This document shows positions 13,867-28,060 of a stretch of DNA of 64,000 bases, piece after piece. Position 1 is the first letter of the stretch; each line of letters starts with the position of its first letter. The position numbers and the translations under genes were made by a program. The notes under the pieces are model-generated. The model ran no database searches. It saw nothing but the letters and a program-made list of their open reading frames with translations, and was not told the origin of the DNA. Origin of the DNA: Chiloscyllium plagiosum (lineage: Eukaryota); the NCBI RefSeq assembly GCF_004010195.1, contig NC_057719.1, positions 81,196,682 to 81,260,681 of the forward strand. Direction: 5' to 3'.

Positions 13867-15025
13867 CACATAGATAGTCAGGTGGGCAATTCCACTGATC
13901 TGGGCAACAGGTAAGGAGTACTGGAAGAGAAAGGGGAGGTTAACTCTGGTGAGGAAGTTGAAAAGAGTTAGGAGATAATTTGTAATTTTGATTTAGACCT
14001 GTTTCAGTACTGTGGTTATGTGGGGCGGATCCAAATTGGAGAAAATCAAATATCTTGCTCCAGCAAAGATGGATTCAGATTTGGGAGGTTTCAGCAAGCC
14101 AAATAACTTTTGAGAGGAAATGGTGGTTGGAAATTAGATGTTAGATTACAAGGGAAGTAAATTGAAGTATGCTATGTTTTGAGGTTAGGATGATTTTATA
14201 TAGAAGTGCATAATACCAGAAATGCAATCATTTACAGAGCCAGCTAGCATGGAGGCCAAGAATGGATATTGGGATGTTAACAGCTTACTCTGACTAGATT
14301 TAAAGGTGGGTAAAATGAACAAGTTGAGCTCAGATATGCACTGCAGCAAAATTGTTGAGGAATAATAAAATAACAATCGCAGAGAGAGCCAGAGGGAATC
14401 TTGGCAAAGGTTGCCATGGTAAGGAGAAGTAGAAGTGCAACAAATGCAAAACAGCAGTTGATCTTAATTTTAGTGACAAAGGGGTCCAGAAATTTCAAGT
14501 GTTTACTGAAGGTCAGAGTGCTACGGGAAAGCTTTATGCCCTTAATACTGCTTTGAGCTTTAGATTGTTCAACACTGACAGATTAAATAATTTGACCACC
14601 TCTGCACATTAAAATAATAAATTTGCCACTTAGTGCTACTGAAGAGAAGTTGAAGATCTTAGAAACTGAACTAAAATGAAATGCCCAGTAGCTCAATTGC
14701 AGATCCTGATCATAATTCCGAATATATCTGGAGGACATTCTGAGCTGTATAGTATTGGAGTGTATCACCAACAGTGGTGATGGTGGGCATAATGTGAAAT
14801 AATGGGATTAAGGGAATCTCTAATCTCCATGAGAACCCCATACTACAGCAATTATTACAGATATCACAGGAATCTCCTTTGTTGAGCAATTGTGGCAAAA
14901 CACTAAATCAATATAGTCTACCTTTGTAAACTAAGGCAGCATCTATTATTAGTACATTTAACTGTAATTCAATTAACATTAGTACTAATTGCTATGGTGA
15001 CATTATTAAAAGGACTCAACCCCAC

Positions 15026-15188
15026 CTGTTGATTTTATCTTCTGATTTGGCTGCATTGAACTGTCCTCATGATCAATTGGCTGGCTGGACAGTGCAAAGA
15101 TCCAGATTTCAGCTACTTTCACTGCTGCTTGCTTGAGGTTACTGAGCAGTGTGAGGATCTGGCCACCTTCCGTTGGATGTTGCATTAC
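15026..15188 (-). CDS. PACS2: PACS2 coding exon 5, 163 bp
   Basis: gtgcAG / GTgggg; encodes [54 protein letters not shown], phase-1 end. Confidence 0.95.
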
Positions 15189-15652
15189 CTGCACCACATG
15201 AAGAGAAGAGTTAGCAAAGTTAACCCTTATGAGTAAATAGCTGTCTCTCCTGGTTTAGTCATACTTGATGAGGGATAAATAATTTCTAGTATTATAGGGA
15301 GAAAACTCTCCTGATATTCTTCCAATTATTTTCCACAATTCCAATGGCTTCTGTCTTGATGATACTGTTATCATTCTGCTGAGCTGGTCAACATACTGGG
15401 ATCATTTTAACTTTGTGCAGGTATCAGAAAGGTAACATGAATAATAGTGAATTGGCAGCCATTTTACACCTCTCACTTTTTTGCTTTGACTGATGCTAGT
15501 CAATGGAAACAACAATTAGTAGAGATATAAAATGGGCTGCCAACTTACTATGCATTTTATTTTATTGCACAGAGTCAAAATGACCTTGGCATCAAGGACC
15601 AGAACAATACAAAAAGGCTGCCTCAGTTTGATTCCTTTACCCTCTGTCTCAC

Positions 15653-15778
15653 CTCTGCCATATTGATAGATCCAACTGCCAGGGTCTTGTATCCCAGAAT
15701 GGTCCTGTTCTTGTATCGCTTTCGTCTCTGAAGCATGATTTGCAGCTTGTTGCCTTCTCTTTTGAGGAAATGAGGATA
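15653..15778 (-). CDS. PACS2: PACS2 coding exon 4, 126 bp
   Basis: caacAG / GTgaga; encodes [42 protein letters not shown] (cargo/furin-binding region). Confidence 0.96.
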
Positions 15779-18227
15779 CTGTTGAAAAGAAAAGCCATAA
15801 ATTGTAGAAAAGCATCAAAGTGAGTGGGTTCACCAAGTGGAAATTTCCACTAAAGCCCATTATGCTGGAGAGCCTGCAAAAAGCAAACAAGATAGCTGGT
15901 AACTCAAATGAATTCCAATGGCCCTCTGCATAAACCTTTCCTTAGTAGGTGAAAAGGTAGCTGTTGGTGGGACAGACATCTCATGAAATTGACAGGGGTG
16001 ACTATCTGAGAGAGAGTTCAGCAGGGGGAGAGTGCGCATGATGGAGGGTGATCCCACAGTTATCATGTGACCTGCACAGGAAAGAGGACCAGAAGATGAA
16101 ATATCACTGCTCAATCCCATGTTAATTAGCACTTGTTACAGTATACACAAATCTTTTCAGAGATTGTTATCCTCAGATCCTCAGCAAAGTACACAGGCAC
16201 CCTATTATAAGTTACATCACAAGTACACATTAGAATAAAACTGCTTAGAAAAATAAGATTAAGTGTGGGAGCCGAATGGAAGAAGAGAATACTTGTATCA
16301 AAAATGAAAGATTTTAATTGAATTGCTTTATCACACCTGTCTAAATACCTCAGGATGACTGAGATAATGAAGTCTTTTCATATGTCAACATTTACTTTTT
16401 TTAAAAAACTGCCTAATTTATGCAAGATAAGGTGGTGAGCAAGTTCACCTTAGCCCATCTATTCAGAAACACATCAACCATTACAATCTAAAGATGTCTC
16501 TGAAATGAGGCCTGATTCTTGCCTACACCAAATAAACAAACCAATGAATTACAGATGCTGGAAATTAGAAACAAAAACAGAAATGGCTGGAAAAATGCAG
16601 CAGGTCTGGCAGCATCTACGGAGAGAAAGTAGAATTAACATTTTGGATCCTGTGAGTCTTCTTCAGAACATTCTGCTGAGCTTTTCCAGTAATTTCTGTT
16701 TGTTTTTGTTCCTTACTGCCACCATCTTGCCCAGAAGTCAGATTTAATTTTGGATTAAGAAAAAGAAATCTATCAGCTCCAAATTTACTTATGTTCAGTT
16801 TGAAGTCATGCATTTTTCTGACTGTTCTTCTTTCTCTCAATGGAACACTGCTTACCTTACCTGTAGTATTAAATAATTCACATAAACTGGCTCCCTCCAC
16901 TTACCCCCTTCAAGTCTGAGGAACCCATGATCTTAAGTTCCTCATAGTTTCAACCTTTTGAGAGTTACCAGCCTACCACATTGTTTACATTCCTTCACTT
17001 GTTAATGGGCAGCATCCAACCTTCCTGAGAGGCTTACCGACAAAATGACAAGACTAGGAATTATCGATGTGAGGAGACAAGGATGCAAATTCATTCTCAT
17101 CCTCGAGGACTCTGCCACACCATTAACAGCAGTGATCATTGCTTAAAGAGAAAAGAACAAACTCTTCTTTTCCCAGAGAACATTGAAGCATTGTTGAATG
17201 GTGCAATGAGCACTGTTTGCCCACATGTAGAGGAGAAACCAGGGACAGAAATTATATATGAAGGTTATTGTAGATATGGTTCATCTGAATCTCTAGATTG
17301 ATTTGAGGTGACAGATAGAGAGAATATTTTTCCCAACTGACCCTGGGGTTTTATTCCTCTTTATATGTTTCTCCCAGAACTCTACACATCTACAGAAAGG
17401 GAAAGAACATGTACCCAGTGAGTGTCACTGTGGAGTAAGTTTGATAAGACTAAATTATCATTTTCAGACCAACAATTTTCTCTCTTTATGAAGTAAAGCA
17501 TGGAAGGACAAAGGTATAGTCTATCATGACAGACACACTAATTGTTAATTCACCATTTTGGGAGTATAAAGACAGGAAGTTTTACAAGTTAGAGAACTTT
17601 CAAAGAATTGAAGCTTGACTAATTAAATCAGAATTGGTTACAGGCACAAAATGGAAATCACTTTCATTATATACACCTATTAATTAGAAACTATTTTGCC
17701 TACTGGAAAGCACAAGTGCTATTATTATTTTGAAAAAAATCATCGGAAGGCTAATCACAATTCATGCTTTATGAATGTAAAGGCAGAGTGATCCTAATTA
17801 TTTTTTAAACAATGATCAGGCCAGCCAGTGTGTCATGGTGAATTTTGATTGTATTCAAATGTTGGAAGCCAACATATTTCTAACATTTGCAACTCTTCTT
17901 TGTGTCAGAAATATGCAATGCACTAACTTTTTGAGCAATAGCATTAGTCTCTACTTTGCAGAGACTAAATGTCAATTTATCATCACTTCCTTTCCTTCCA
18001 TCTCTTCCTGGATCATGATTCCACTGCCAAATATCAAGCTTCAGTTCCAGATGTGGCACTAACTTCATTGCCCCAGGAGACTGTTCACTCCGAGGCCTCT
18101 AACCTCATTGTATTCCGAACATATAAAGGCCACTTACACCTCCTTTCCAAGATCCAAAACAGGAAAGACCTGGCTGATGTAATACTTCTGCGTATTGCTG
18201 CCCCATGAATTGACTTCCTCCTAACTT

Positions 18228-18331
18228 CTGATCATCGATATTCCTCATGAAAGGCTTATGCCTGAAACGTCGATTTTCCTGCTCCTCGAATGCTGCCTGA
18301 CCGGCTGTGCTTTTCCAGCACCACACTCTTC
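18228..18331 (+). mobile_element. Penelope pLTR fragment
   Basis: Same family as 49014; 16-bp near-perfect flanking repeat (18212-18227 and 18332-18347). Confidence 0.8.
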
Positions 18332-18359
18332 GACTTCTTCCTAACTTGGCTCAATTTCT

Positions 18360-20400
18360 TCTTCCCTTGTCCAGTCTCTTCCCAGTTGCATCCGTAACTC
18401 TTCTGACAGCCTCTATCACTTCAACAGTTTCAGATTTCTTGACCCTGACCATCCCCTATTCACCACAGTGGTGAAATATCTCTACCCCTACAATCCCATA
18501 TGATCGTCCATTGCCTCTGCTCTTTGCTTCTTCCTTGAATGAAAATTCAGTCCATCTGTCAATCCACCAACATCCTCTCTACCTGGGTGAATTCTTCTCA
18601 CATGAAACATCTCCTCTATTAACTCGATTCACTTCCTCCAAGTAAAAAGGTTGCTGGGAGAGACACACTAGGGATCCTTATCTGCATTTATTTGGCATAT
18701 GTGGAACATTTAGGCTGCAGATGTACTTCCTTCACCTATCTTAAAGTAAGTTTATAATTATATCAGTGCCCATAATCATGCCCTGGAGTGGAAATTTTCA
18801 ATAACTTTGCTTCCAATTTTCATTCTTTTCTCACTTGGACTGGTCCACCTCAGAATCATGCTTTCCTTTCCTTGGCTTTTCTCTGTCCATTTGTAAGTGA
18901 TTAGTTATCACCAATGTGATTCTTTCTATCCACTGAATCCCACAGCCACCACAACTGCACTTGCTCACATCCCACTTTATGTTAGGACTTAATTTCAGTC
19001 TTCCAGTTTATTCTTCACTTTTTTTTAGATTAGATTAGATTACCTACAGTGTGGAAACAGACCCTTCAGCCCAAGTCCACACCGACCCGCTGAAGAGCAA
19101 CCCACCCAGACCCATTCCACTACATTCACCCCTGACTAATGCACCTAACACTACAGGCAAATTTAGCATGGCCAATTCACCTGACCTGCACATCTTTGGA
19201 CTGTGGGAGGAAACCGGAACACCCGGAGGAAACCCACGCAGACATGGGGAGAACGTGCAAACTCCACACAGAAGGTTGCCCGAGGCGGGAATTGAACCCG
19301 GGTCTCTGGCGTTGAGGCAGCAGTGCTAACCACTGGGCCACTGTGCCACCCATAACCTTCCACAGATATATTTCTGATGTCTTACTTTTAACTCAACTCA
19401 GGCCCCCAACACACTGCCCAACAGGTTTGTTCCCCATACTTCTGCTTTCACTCCTTCCCCGCTCCAAAAATCATAATCAGGCTCTCCACCACTTTTCACC
19501 AACTAGCCTGCAAATTCACTGGATTACACCATTTCCACTATTAATGCTGACACCAAACTCACGTCCTCCTTTTCAACATTTGAAGATACAATTTCCACTG
19601 CAACATCTTGATCTACTCTTCAATTATTCCGCAACCTTCTCCCATTCCTATCTTTCCAATGCAAGCACAGAACACGTAACACCTGCCATTTTACCTTCTC
19701 TCCCTTCATCAACTAAGCCCCCAAACAGTCCTTCCAGGTTAAACACAAATATGCATGAATTTCTTTTAATTTACTGCTCAAGAGTTGCATTAGTGTGGTC
19801 AATAACAGACTGGGCAATTGCTTTGTGGAACCTGTCTGTTCAATCATTAGCACAATACCAAACTTTGTGTCAGATTAATTCCCAATCTTACTTTCATTGA
19901 TTTTTCTGCCCTGAGCCTCCTCATGTGTTTCAATGAAGGTCAATGCAAGCTAAAAGAAAGAAGCACATCTTTTGAATGTATTCTCTACAGTCTTATGGAC
20001 TTAGAGTTCAACAACTTCAGGCTGCAATGCTTGTCCTCATTTTGTTTTGCTCTCACAATTCATAGATATTGGTTTTCATCTCTTTTTCTCTTAAATTGGT
20101 TTCCAGATTGCAGCAGCTCATCAGCCTAAAATTCTTACCTCTGCCAGGCAGGTCACTGATTTCTTAGTTATTCCACTAGCACTCCCTTTCACTTAGCACA
20201 CCACCTCTTGTCATTTTATCTCTCCTGCCCTACACCAGACATAGACCTTACCTTTTGTTCTTTCTTCAGCCCGTCTCTCCACCCACCCCTTTCAACTGCC
20301 TCAAAATTATACTTCCATCTTTTCGAAGTTCTTCTGAAACAGTAACTGTTTCTCACACCACAAAGGCTTCCTGGCCTATTGAGTACTTCAGCAATTCATT
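18360..20400 (+). mobile_element. Highly decayed Penelope-like remnant (SINE nested)
   Basis: Degenerate RT/GIY-YIG-like sequence resembling 54100-55265; boundaries approximate. Confidence 0.5.
19027..19352 (-). mobile_element. HE1-like SINE
   Basis: A/B boxes; (TAATC)n tail. Confidence 0.92.
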
Positions 20401-20865
20401 GCTAAAGACTAGGTTCATCCGCTAATTCAAATGGAAGACATTTAAGAGGAAAATGCAAAGGAATTAAGATGACATAGAAGTAACATTTTAAAACTACAAA
20501 GGGTTTTCATAGGTTGGAGCTTCAGCAACAAGTACGAAGGGTACAGTCAGTGGAAACAGGTTGTGAAGTGTTACAGCACGATACCAAAATATTGTGCCAA
20601 ATGGCACATGTTGTGAGGTTGTTATTTTCTTTTCCAGTTGCACCAGATGCAATTCTTTCTTGTTTAATTTAAAATGGTCACTTTTATATTCCTCTCAGTT
20701 GATTTCTTGAAGACATGTCTAAGTCATTACAGAAAGGGTTCTGAAGAATTATCACTGGGCCTGAAATGCTGACTCGGCTTTCTCTCCACAGATGCCCTCA
20801 GTCCTGCTGAGTTTCTTCAGTAATTTCTGTTTCTGTCATGAAAAGTCATTATGAGGAAGCTTTAT

Positions 20866-21379
20866 GTTGTGGTTCTGTTCACTGAGCTGGAAGTTTTTGT
20901 TGCAAACGTTTCGTCCCCTGGCTAGGCGACATCATCAGTGCTTGGGAGCCTCCTGCGAAGCGCTTCTTTGATGTTTCCTCCGGTGTTTATAGTGGTCTGT
21001 CCCTGCCGCTTCCGGTTGTCAGTTTCAGCTGTCTGCTGTAGTGGTTGGTATATTGGATCCAGGTCGATGTGTTTGTTGATGGAGTTTGTGGATGAATGCC
21101 ATGCCTCTAGGAATTCCCTGGCTGTTCTCTGTCTGGCTTGCCCTATGATAGTAGTGTTGTCCCAGTCGAATTCATGTTGCTTGTTGTCTGCGTGTGTGGC
21201 TACTAAGGATAGCTGGTCGTGTCGACACGACCAGGTCAGTTCCGAGATGCTCCTGGTGTATGGTAGTGTGGCTAGTCCTTTTGGTTGTGGTATGTCCTCG
21301 TTCCGTGGTCTTTCTCTTAGGCATCTGCTGATGAAGTTGCGCGGGTATCCGTTTTTGGCGAATACCTTGTATAGCTTAT
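20866..21379 (-). mobile_element. Penelope-like element (Poseidon-like) 3' fragment, internally deleted
   Basis: NGYP...LPY and HEFDW...REFLEAWHS..SINKH peptides; TSD GAAGCTTTAT (20856-20865 and 21380-21389); hammerhead motif in the 3' repeat. Confidence 0.88.
20902..20941 (-). ncRNA. Minimal hammerhead ribozyme motif (putative)
   Basis: GCA-CTGATGA-T-GTC...GAC-GAAA-CGTT-TGC on the minus strand. Confidence 0.6.
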
Positions 21380-21721
21380 GAAGCTTTATCTTCATTTTCA
21401 AATAGACTTTGCATAAAAAAAAATCAATCTAGTTACGATGGTTGAAAAGGGGCAGGTGACTTCAGCAAATTGTATATCAATCTTCTGAGAAGTTTCTCAT
21501 TAAATCACACTGGGTGAGTGGTGGAGGGGTTTCCCGTTGAATGGTCAAACCATGACAGCACCTCACTGTGGAATTCACTATTGATCTTGCTAATTTTTTA
21601 TGCTCCAAACTCAAAACAAAATTAACTTGCAGAATTTTTGTTTGCAATTTATCAAAAAGAGAACTCCAGAGAAATTGTTACCCATTAATAGCTGTGAAGG
21701 GCCCCATTGTCTAACTTCTAT

Positions 21722-22070
21722 TGCTATGACATTGAGGTGAAACCCTCTGTTAATTAAACTAAACACCCAGAAAAGCTCACCTCGCCTTGTAATCTGCTAA
21801 AATGTGAGAAAGAACTCCCAAATTCCACTATGTAAAGAAAATAACATCAATCTATTTTTTAAGTCCAAATGTGAACATTAAACAATTATTCACAACTCTA
21901 AGGCCTCCTTTCTCTTAACTGCTTATTGCCTGCCTCCAACTTTGTAATATGCTGTTCCAATAAGACACATTAAAATTACATCAACTTAATTTCAAAACCA
22001 CACAGTCACAGTTGTCTTCTGTGACTTCACTCTTCCAGCTGCTGAATTCCCTGGGTTGTCTTCTTACTGA
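21722..22070 (-). mobile_element. Partial LTR, same family as 5431-6159
   Basis: Reverse-complement similarity to about 5820-6159 (e.g. GAACTCCCAAATTCCACTAT; CAAAACCACACAGTC). Confidence 0.8.
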
Positions 22071-22081
22071 CTTTCAGTCTC

Positions 22082-22224
22082 AGATCTTCATGTGACTGTC
22101 CTCCAAGGCGGACCTCAGGATATGCAACAACGCAGAGTCGCCGAGCAAAGGCTGATAGCCAAGTTTGGGACCCATGAAGGTGGCCTCAACCAGGATCTTG
22201 GCACACTACAGGTGACCACACACA

Positions 22225-22266
<42 letters not shown>

Positions 22267-22877
22267 TACATACAACCACACTCACATACACAAATTCACA
22301 CTCATGCGCACACTCTCTTGCAGGCATATACTCCGTCACATTCATGCACACACACTCACTCTCCCTGTCTCCCATACACACGTCTATGGGGTATTTGCAT
22401 TTACAGATTTGTATTTGCAGATATATTATTTTTTGTTCAAAAAGTGTGCACTACAATCTATAGGCAGTCAGTGACATTTTATAAATTCCTACTTTGGAAA
22501 CAGAGCCAGTCTGACCCAAGGTTGGGATACAGGCAGACTTTAACCTCACACTTTTATGCATTGTCTGAGTTGAATTGTCATCTTTTTTAATAAAACCTTA
22601 AGTTATCTCAGGAATGTGACTTGAAAGTGGTTCTGGGATTTACACATTAATAAATTGGAACCTGCGACCCATTCTAAGTGACGAAAGACTTAACAGCAAT
22701 CTAGATTGGTTCAATACATCACATCAGTTGAATGACACTTTGATCTTTTACTATAAATTCTGTGTCCTATGATCCAGCTCCACTAGCTACCTGATGAAGC
22801 AGCAGCGCTCCAAAAGCTTATACTCCCAAATAAACCTGTTGGACTATAACCTGAAATTGTGTGATTTTTAACTTTGC
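22082..22877 (+). mobile_element. Penelope-like element (Neptune-like) 3' end with (CA)n tract
   Basis: GIY-YIG C-terminal-like peptide RRVAEQRLIAKFGTHEGGLNQD; pLTR with CTGATGA motif at 22792. Confidence 0.8.
22216..22264. repeat. (CA)n microsatellite
   Basis: Directly visible. Confidence 0.95.
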
Positions 22878-24656
22878 CAATTTAAGAAAGAAACAAGGAG
22901 GAGATTCTTTTCTCAAGGCGGTGAATCTGGGAATTCTTTACTTCACAGGGCTGTAAAGGCTGGGTTGTTAAGTACTTTCAAGGATAAGGAAGACAGATTC
23001 TTTAATCAGTCAGGGAATCAAGGGTTATATGACAAGGGAGGAAAAGTGGAGCTGAGGATTAGGAGATGAGCCATTATCAGCCACGGCAGAGCTGACAAAT
23101 GGCTGAATGGCCTTCTCCAGCTTTGACAACTTATGGTCACCTGTAAAGAAATCCTAGTGTGAGAACTGCAGTGTATAACTTTGTGACCTACTGAATGTTC
23201 AGCTCTTCTGGGGAAACCTGAAATTATACTGATATCAGACTGCAGCTATTTGAACCGGTACAGACTACAATTCAAGAGTGGAATGGACTCCATCAATGAC
23301 AGTGACAGCGACCTTACAAAATGTGTCGAATATGAGAACTTTAATGACCATTTTGTCTGTCACTTGCAATCACGTACGATCTTCTTTGACTGTCTTTTTT
23401 GCGTGACTGAGGTAGCGCTTAGAGTTTTGGGTGAATGCATGAATAAAAAATACTTTTTACTTAACTCCGTAAACATTTACTGCTGTCCAGAGTCTCTTGG
23501 GTTAAGATGCAGACACATCTTCCTCTCCAAAAAATATTGTTGATTTAAGACAACAAATGGAAGTGCATATACAAGTGTTTTAGTTCCTTTCTAAACTTGT
23601 CCATAACAGTCAGAGAGACATTATAATAACTTTCTACAGAGTGCTGCTGAAATATTCTCAAGGGATGTGGTTAAGGAACAAACCATTTAATCTTGTAAAG
23701 GAAATGTAGATAAGCTTGCAGAGAAAGAACTATCGAGGCTATGGACTCAGAACAAGATAATGGAGTTGAAGGGCCAAATGGTCTCGTTCGATGTTATGGA
23801 CTGCTGACTTTTTCCTCCAATTGTACCATAACTAAGTATTTCTTGTTTTAGAAGAAGAAAAAATCATGCAAGTCCAATAAATCGTGCCGATGATTCATCC
23901 TTAATTGCAAGGTGAAGGAGCCTGTGGCAATGAGAAACCTTGCAACAAAAGTGGGGAGTGCACTGCATGAATAACTGACAGAATACATCAAATTTAAATT
24001 AAAAAGCCTTATGAGAGTCAGTGTCAAAATCAGCATCTCAGCACAGAAGGTAGCTCATCAGTCTATTATGCCTGTGTCAGCTCTTTAAAAGAGCTATCCA
24101 ATTAGCCCAACATCCTGCTCCTTTTCCAAAACCCCGCTAATTACACAGCGAGTATTCAGCCAGTTCCTTCACAAAACGGATTCTAAATTGGTGTAAAAAA
24201 AAATTGCCATCTTCCCTCATCAAAGCTCTTGGCTATTTACCTTAAATCAGATCTTCTGTTTACTGACATTTCTGCAAGTAGAAACAACAGCTCTGGCTCT
24301 ATTGAAATCCTTCATAATTTTGAGCATCTGTATTAATTTTCCCACAAATATTCTCCAGTACAAGAACAGTGATTTAAGTTTTTTCTCGGCTCTCCAAATA
24401 GATGAAGATATTCAACCTTCACTCCATTCTGATAATTCTCCTCTGCACCATCTGCAGGGTCATGACAAGCTTTTTGAAGTGTGGCATGCAGAATTGGAAA
24501 CAATCTAGCGAATTGTCAAAAAGCAATTTACAGAAAAGTCATAATTTCGCTGCATTTATATTCTTGTCTCGCTCCATGTGTAAAGACACAATATCGTCTG
24601 AGAGTATTATTTTGGGGGGAAAAAAAACTCCTTGCTCTCAGACATTTAAGACATGT

Positions 24657-24920
24657 CCCGCCTCAGGCGACTGACTGTGTGGAGTTTGCACGTTCTCCCA
24701 GTGTCTGCGTGGGTTTCCTCCGGGTGCTCCGGTTTCCTCCCACAGTCCAAAGATGTGCAGGTCAGGTGAATTGGCCATGCTAAATTGTCTGTAGTGTTAG
24801 GTAAGGGGTAAATGTAGGGGTAGGGGTGGGTTACGCTTCGGCGGGTCGGTGTGGACTTGTTGGGCCAAAGAGCCTGTTTCCACACTGTAAAGTAATGTAA
24901 TGTAATCTAATCTAATCTAA
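24657..24920 (+). mobile_element. HE1-like SINE, 5'-truncated
   Basis: Body similarity to other copies; (TAATC)n tail. Confidence 0.92.
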
Positions 24921-25070
24921 AACATGGAATTATGTATTTTTCCCTTTATTTTCTAATTTATTGCCTAACATGCCTAGATTTGTCCATGCAGGCATGGGTG
25001 GATGAGCCAAGATAGATATAAGACTTTCCTGACTACTGTGTAATCTGTGCAAGTGTAACTTATATCATCA

Positions 25071-25250
<180 letters not shown>

Positions 25251-26756
25251 CTATGTTGAAGACATTAGACATTAAAATTAGAAATATAACAGCAATTTCA
25301 AAAGATGTGCAGTAACCTTCATGCTTTAAAAATAAACCATATCAAGATGTGCTTTCAAATAAAGCTAACCACTTCATGCATATTTATTTCCTTTCTCCAA
25401 CTTTGCATTTTTAAACCCAAAATCATTCCGTCACTGCAAATTTTAGGGTTACCAAGGCGCACTTTCTGAATTCCAAATTGTCATCCTTCATAATCAAAAC
25501 CTAAGCACATGCCCTGGCTGTCTTCTAGGATAGGAATGTCAGCCAAATAGATCCATTAGTGACAAGGCCGTTAGAAGATAAAGAAGTGCAGCTTGGACAA
25601 ACTGTTATACCATTTTCCCTTCTTTAAGACGACGATTCGACACTGGTCATCTGGGTTAAGCAGTGTGGGTATCTGGAGTGAGTAAAGACAATTGGAACAT
25701 GGGTCTAGAGCAAGAAGAACTAACAAGCACAGGCTAGTTGAAGGGTAATAAACCATAACAGTGAACTTAAAGCCAACGAGAAGCTGTGGACCACAGAACA
25801 TAATCCCAGTTTCTAAATACAAGTATAAGCTTCCTATATGTAACAAGAGGGAAGCTGTGTAAATTCTCATTTATAGTGAAAAATCATGTGTTATAGGTAT
25901 ATTCTGTGTACTGGAATACATTATACCACTAGATAAAGCACCCATGTTTATAATAATGTACTCATTTTGCGCAAGATTCCTGTGTTTCGTAAATACAGTG
26001 TACTCATACCTTATGTTTATACATTGCAAATCATGTATCAATAACTTGAAAATAGTAGCACGTGATATTGATTTATAACACTCATGGATTTATTGTACAA
26101 GAAAACTATCAACTTTAACTGGTTCAGATTGCAATTATAAACAATGTTGCCACACATACCATTAGCAGGATACCAAGAACAAACCAAGAAAATTAACAAT
26201 TTCAGACAGACCAATGGCCACTTCACCAATTTTGTTGCAGTCTATTTGGCCATACAATTGTTTTCCCCAGCTTCGAGAAGTTGGTTTTGTTCTCTACCAT
26301 TTTCTCTTCCATGTAGATCTCTCACATCCCTCAGTGTTCCCACACAGTTAGTCCTGCCAGATTTTTGTGAAAGACAAGGCATGCAGGCAAATGACATCTA
26401 GCACAAGGATATTCAGGAGCTGCCTTGTTCAGATAAAAGTGTAAGGACTAATGTCCATTGCTGTTTTGTTTTGTTTTTGCTTTCACTTTAAATAGTAAAC
26501 TTATTTTTAACTTAGTTTTTAAATATTAGTTTGCACAAGCAATATTTATCCTGTTGGTTTTCATAGCATGGAACATTACATAACTAAATCTTAATCCACT
26601 GTAATACATTTTGAGGCTCAAAAACTGTTGCCATCAGTGACTGATGGGAGGGGAGCTGCTTTGGAGCTCACAACCCGAAAATTTCAACTTGTGACTCTGG
26701 CATCCCATCCTCCACTTTGGAAATTCTTCTGCTAGAATAAAGTTACATCCTGAGGG

Positions 26757-28060
26757 ACAGGATGCACATGTATTTGGCAAGGACTGACTAGGGATAGTCA
26801 ACATGCCTTTGAGCGTGGGAAATAATGTCTCACAAACTTGATTGAGGATTTTGAAGTAGTAACAAAGAAGATTGATGAAGACAGAGCGGTAGATGTGATC
26901 TATACGGATTTCAGTATTGTATTCAAAAAGGTTCCCAATGGGAGACTGATTAGCAAGATTAGATTTCATGGAATGCAGGGAGAACTAGCCATTTGGATAC
27001 AGAACTGGCTCAAAGGTAGAAGACAGAGGGTGGTGGTGGAGAGTTGTTTTTCAGACTGGAGGCCTGTGACCAGTGGAGTGCCACAAGGATTGGTGCTGGG
27101 TCCACTACTTTTTGTCATTTATACAAATGATTTGGATATGAGCATAAGAGGTATAGTTACTAAGTTTGCAGATGATACCCAAATTGGAGGTGTAGTAGAC
27201 AGCGAAGGAGGTTACCTCAGATTACAACGGGATCTTGACCAGATGGGCCAATGAGCTGAGAAGTGGCAGGTAGAGTTTAATTCAGATAAATGCAAGGTGC
27301 TGCATTTTGGGAAAGCAGACCTTAGCAGGACTTACACACTTAATGGTAAGGTCCTAGGGAGTGTTGCTGAACAAAGAGACCTTGGGATGCAGGTTCATAG
27401 CTCCTTGAAAGTGGAGTCGGAGGTAGATTGGATAGGTGAAAGCAGAGTTTGGTATGTTTTCCTTTATTGGTTAGAGTATTGAGTACAGGAGTTGGGAGGT
27501 CATGTTGTGGCTGTACAGGACATTGGTTAGGCCACTGTTGGAATATTGCGTGCAATTCTGGCCTCCTTCCTATCGGAAAGATGTTGTGAAACTTGAAAGG
27601 GTTCAGAAAAGATTTACAAGGATGTGATGAGTTGGAACATTTGAGCTACAAGGAGTGGCTGAACAGGCTGGGGCTGTTTTCCCTGGAGCGTCGGAGACTG
27701 AGGGGTGACATTATAGAGGTTTACAAAATTATGACAGGCATGGATAGGGTAAATAGACAAAGTCATTTCCCTGAGGGCATAAGTTTAGGGTGATAGGGGA
27801 AAGACATAAAAGAGACCTAAGGGGCAACTTTTTCACGCAGAGGGTGGTACGTGTGTGGAATGAGCTGCCAGAGGAAGTGGTGGAGGCTGGTACAATTGCA
27901 ACATTTAAAAGGTATCTGGATGGGTATATGAATAAGAAGGGTTTGGAGGGATATGGGCCGGGTGCTGGTAGGTGGAACTAGATTGGGTTGGGATATCTGG
28001 TTGGCATGGACGAGTTGGACCAAATGGTCTGTTTCCGTGCTGTACGTCTCTATGACTCTA
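26757..28060 (+). mobile_element. CR1-clade LINE, RT to 3' end
   Basis: GVPQG and KFADD motifs; CTCTATGACTCTA tail. Confidence 0.94.
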
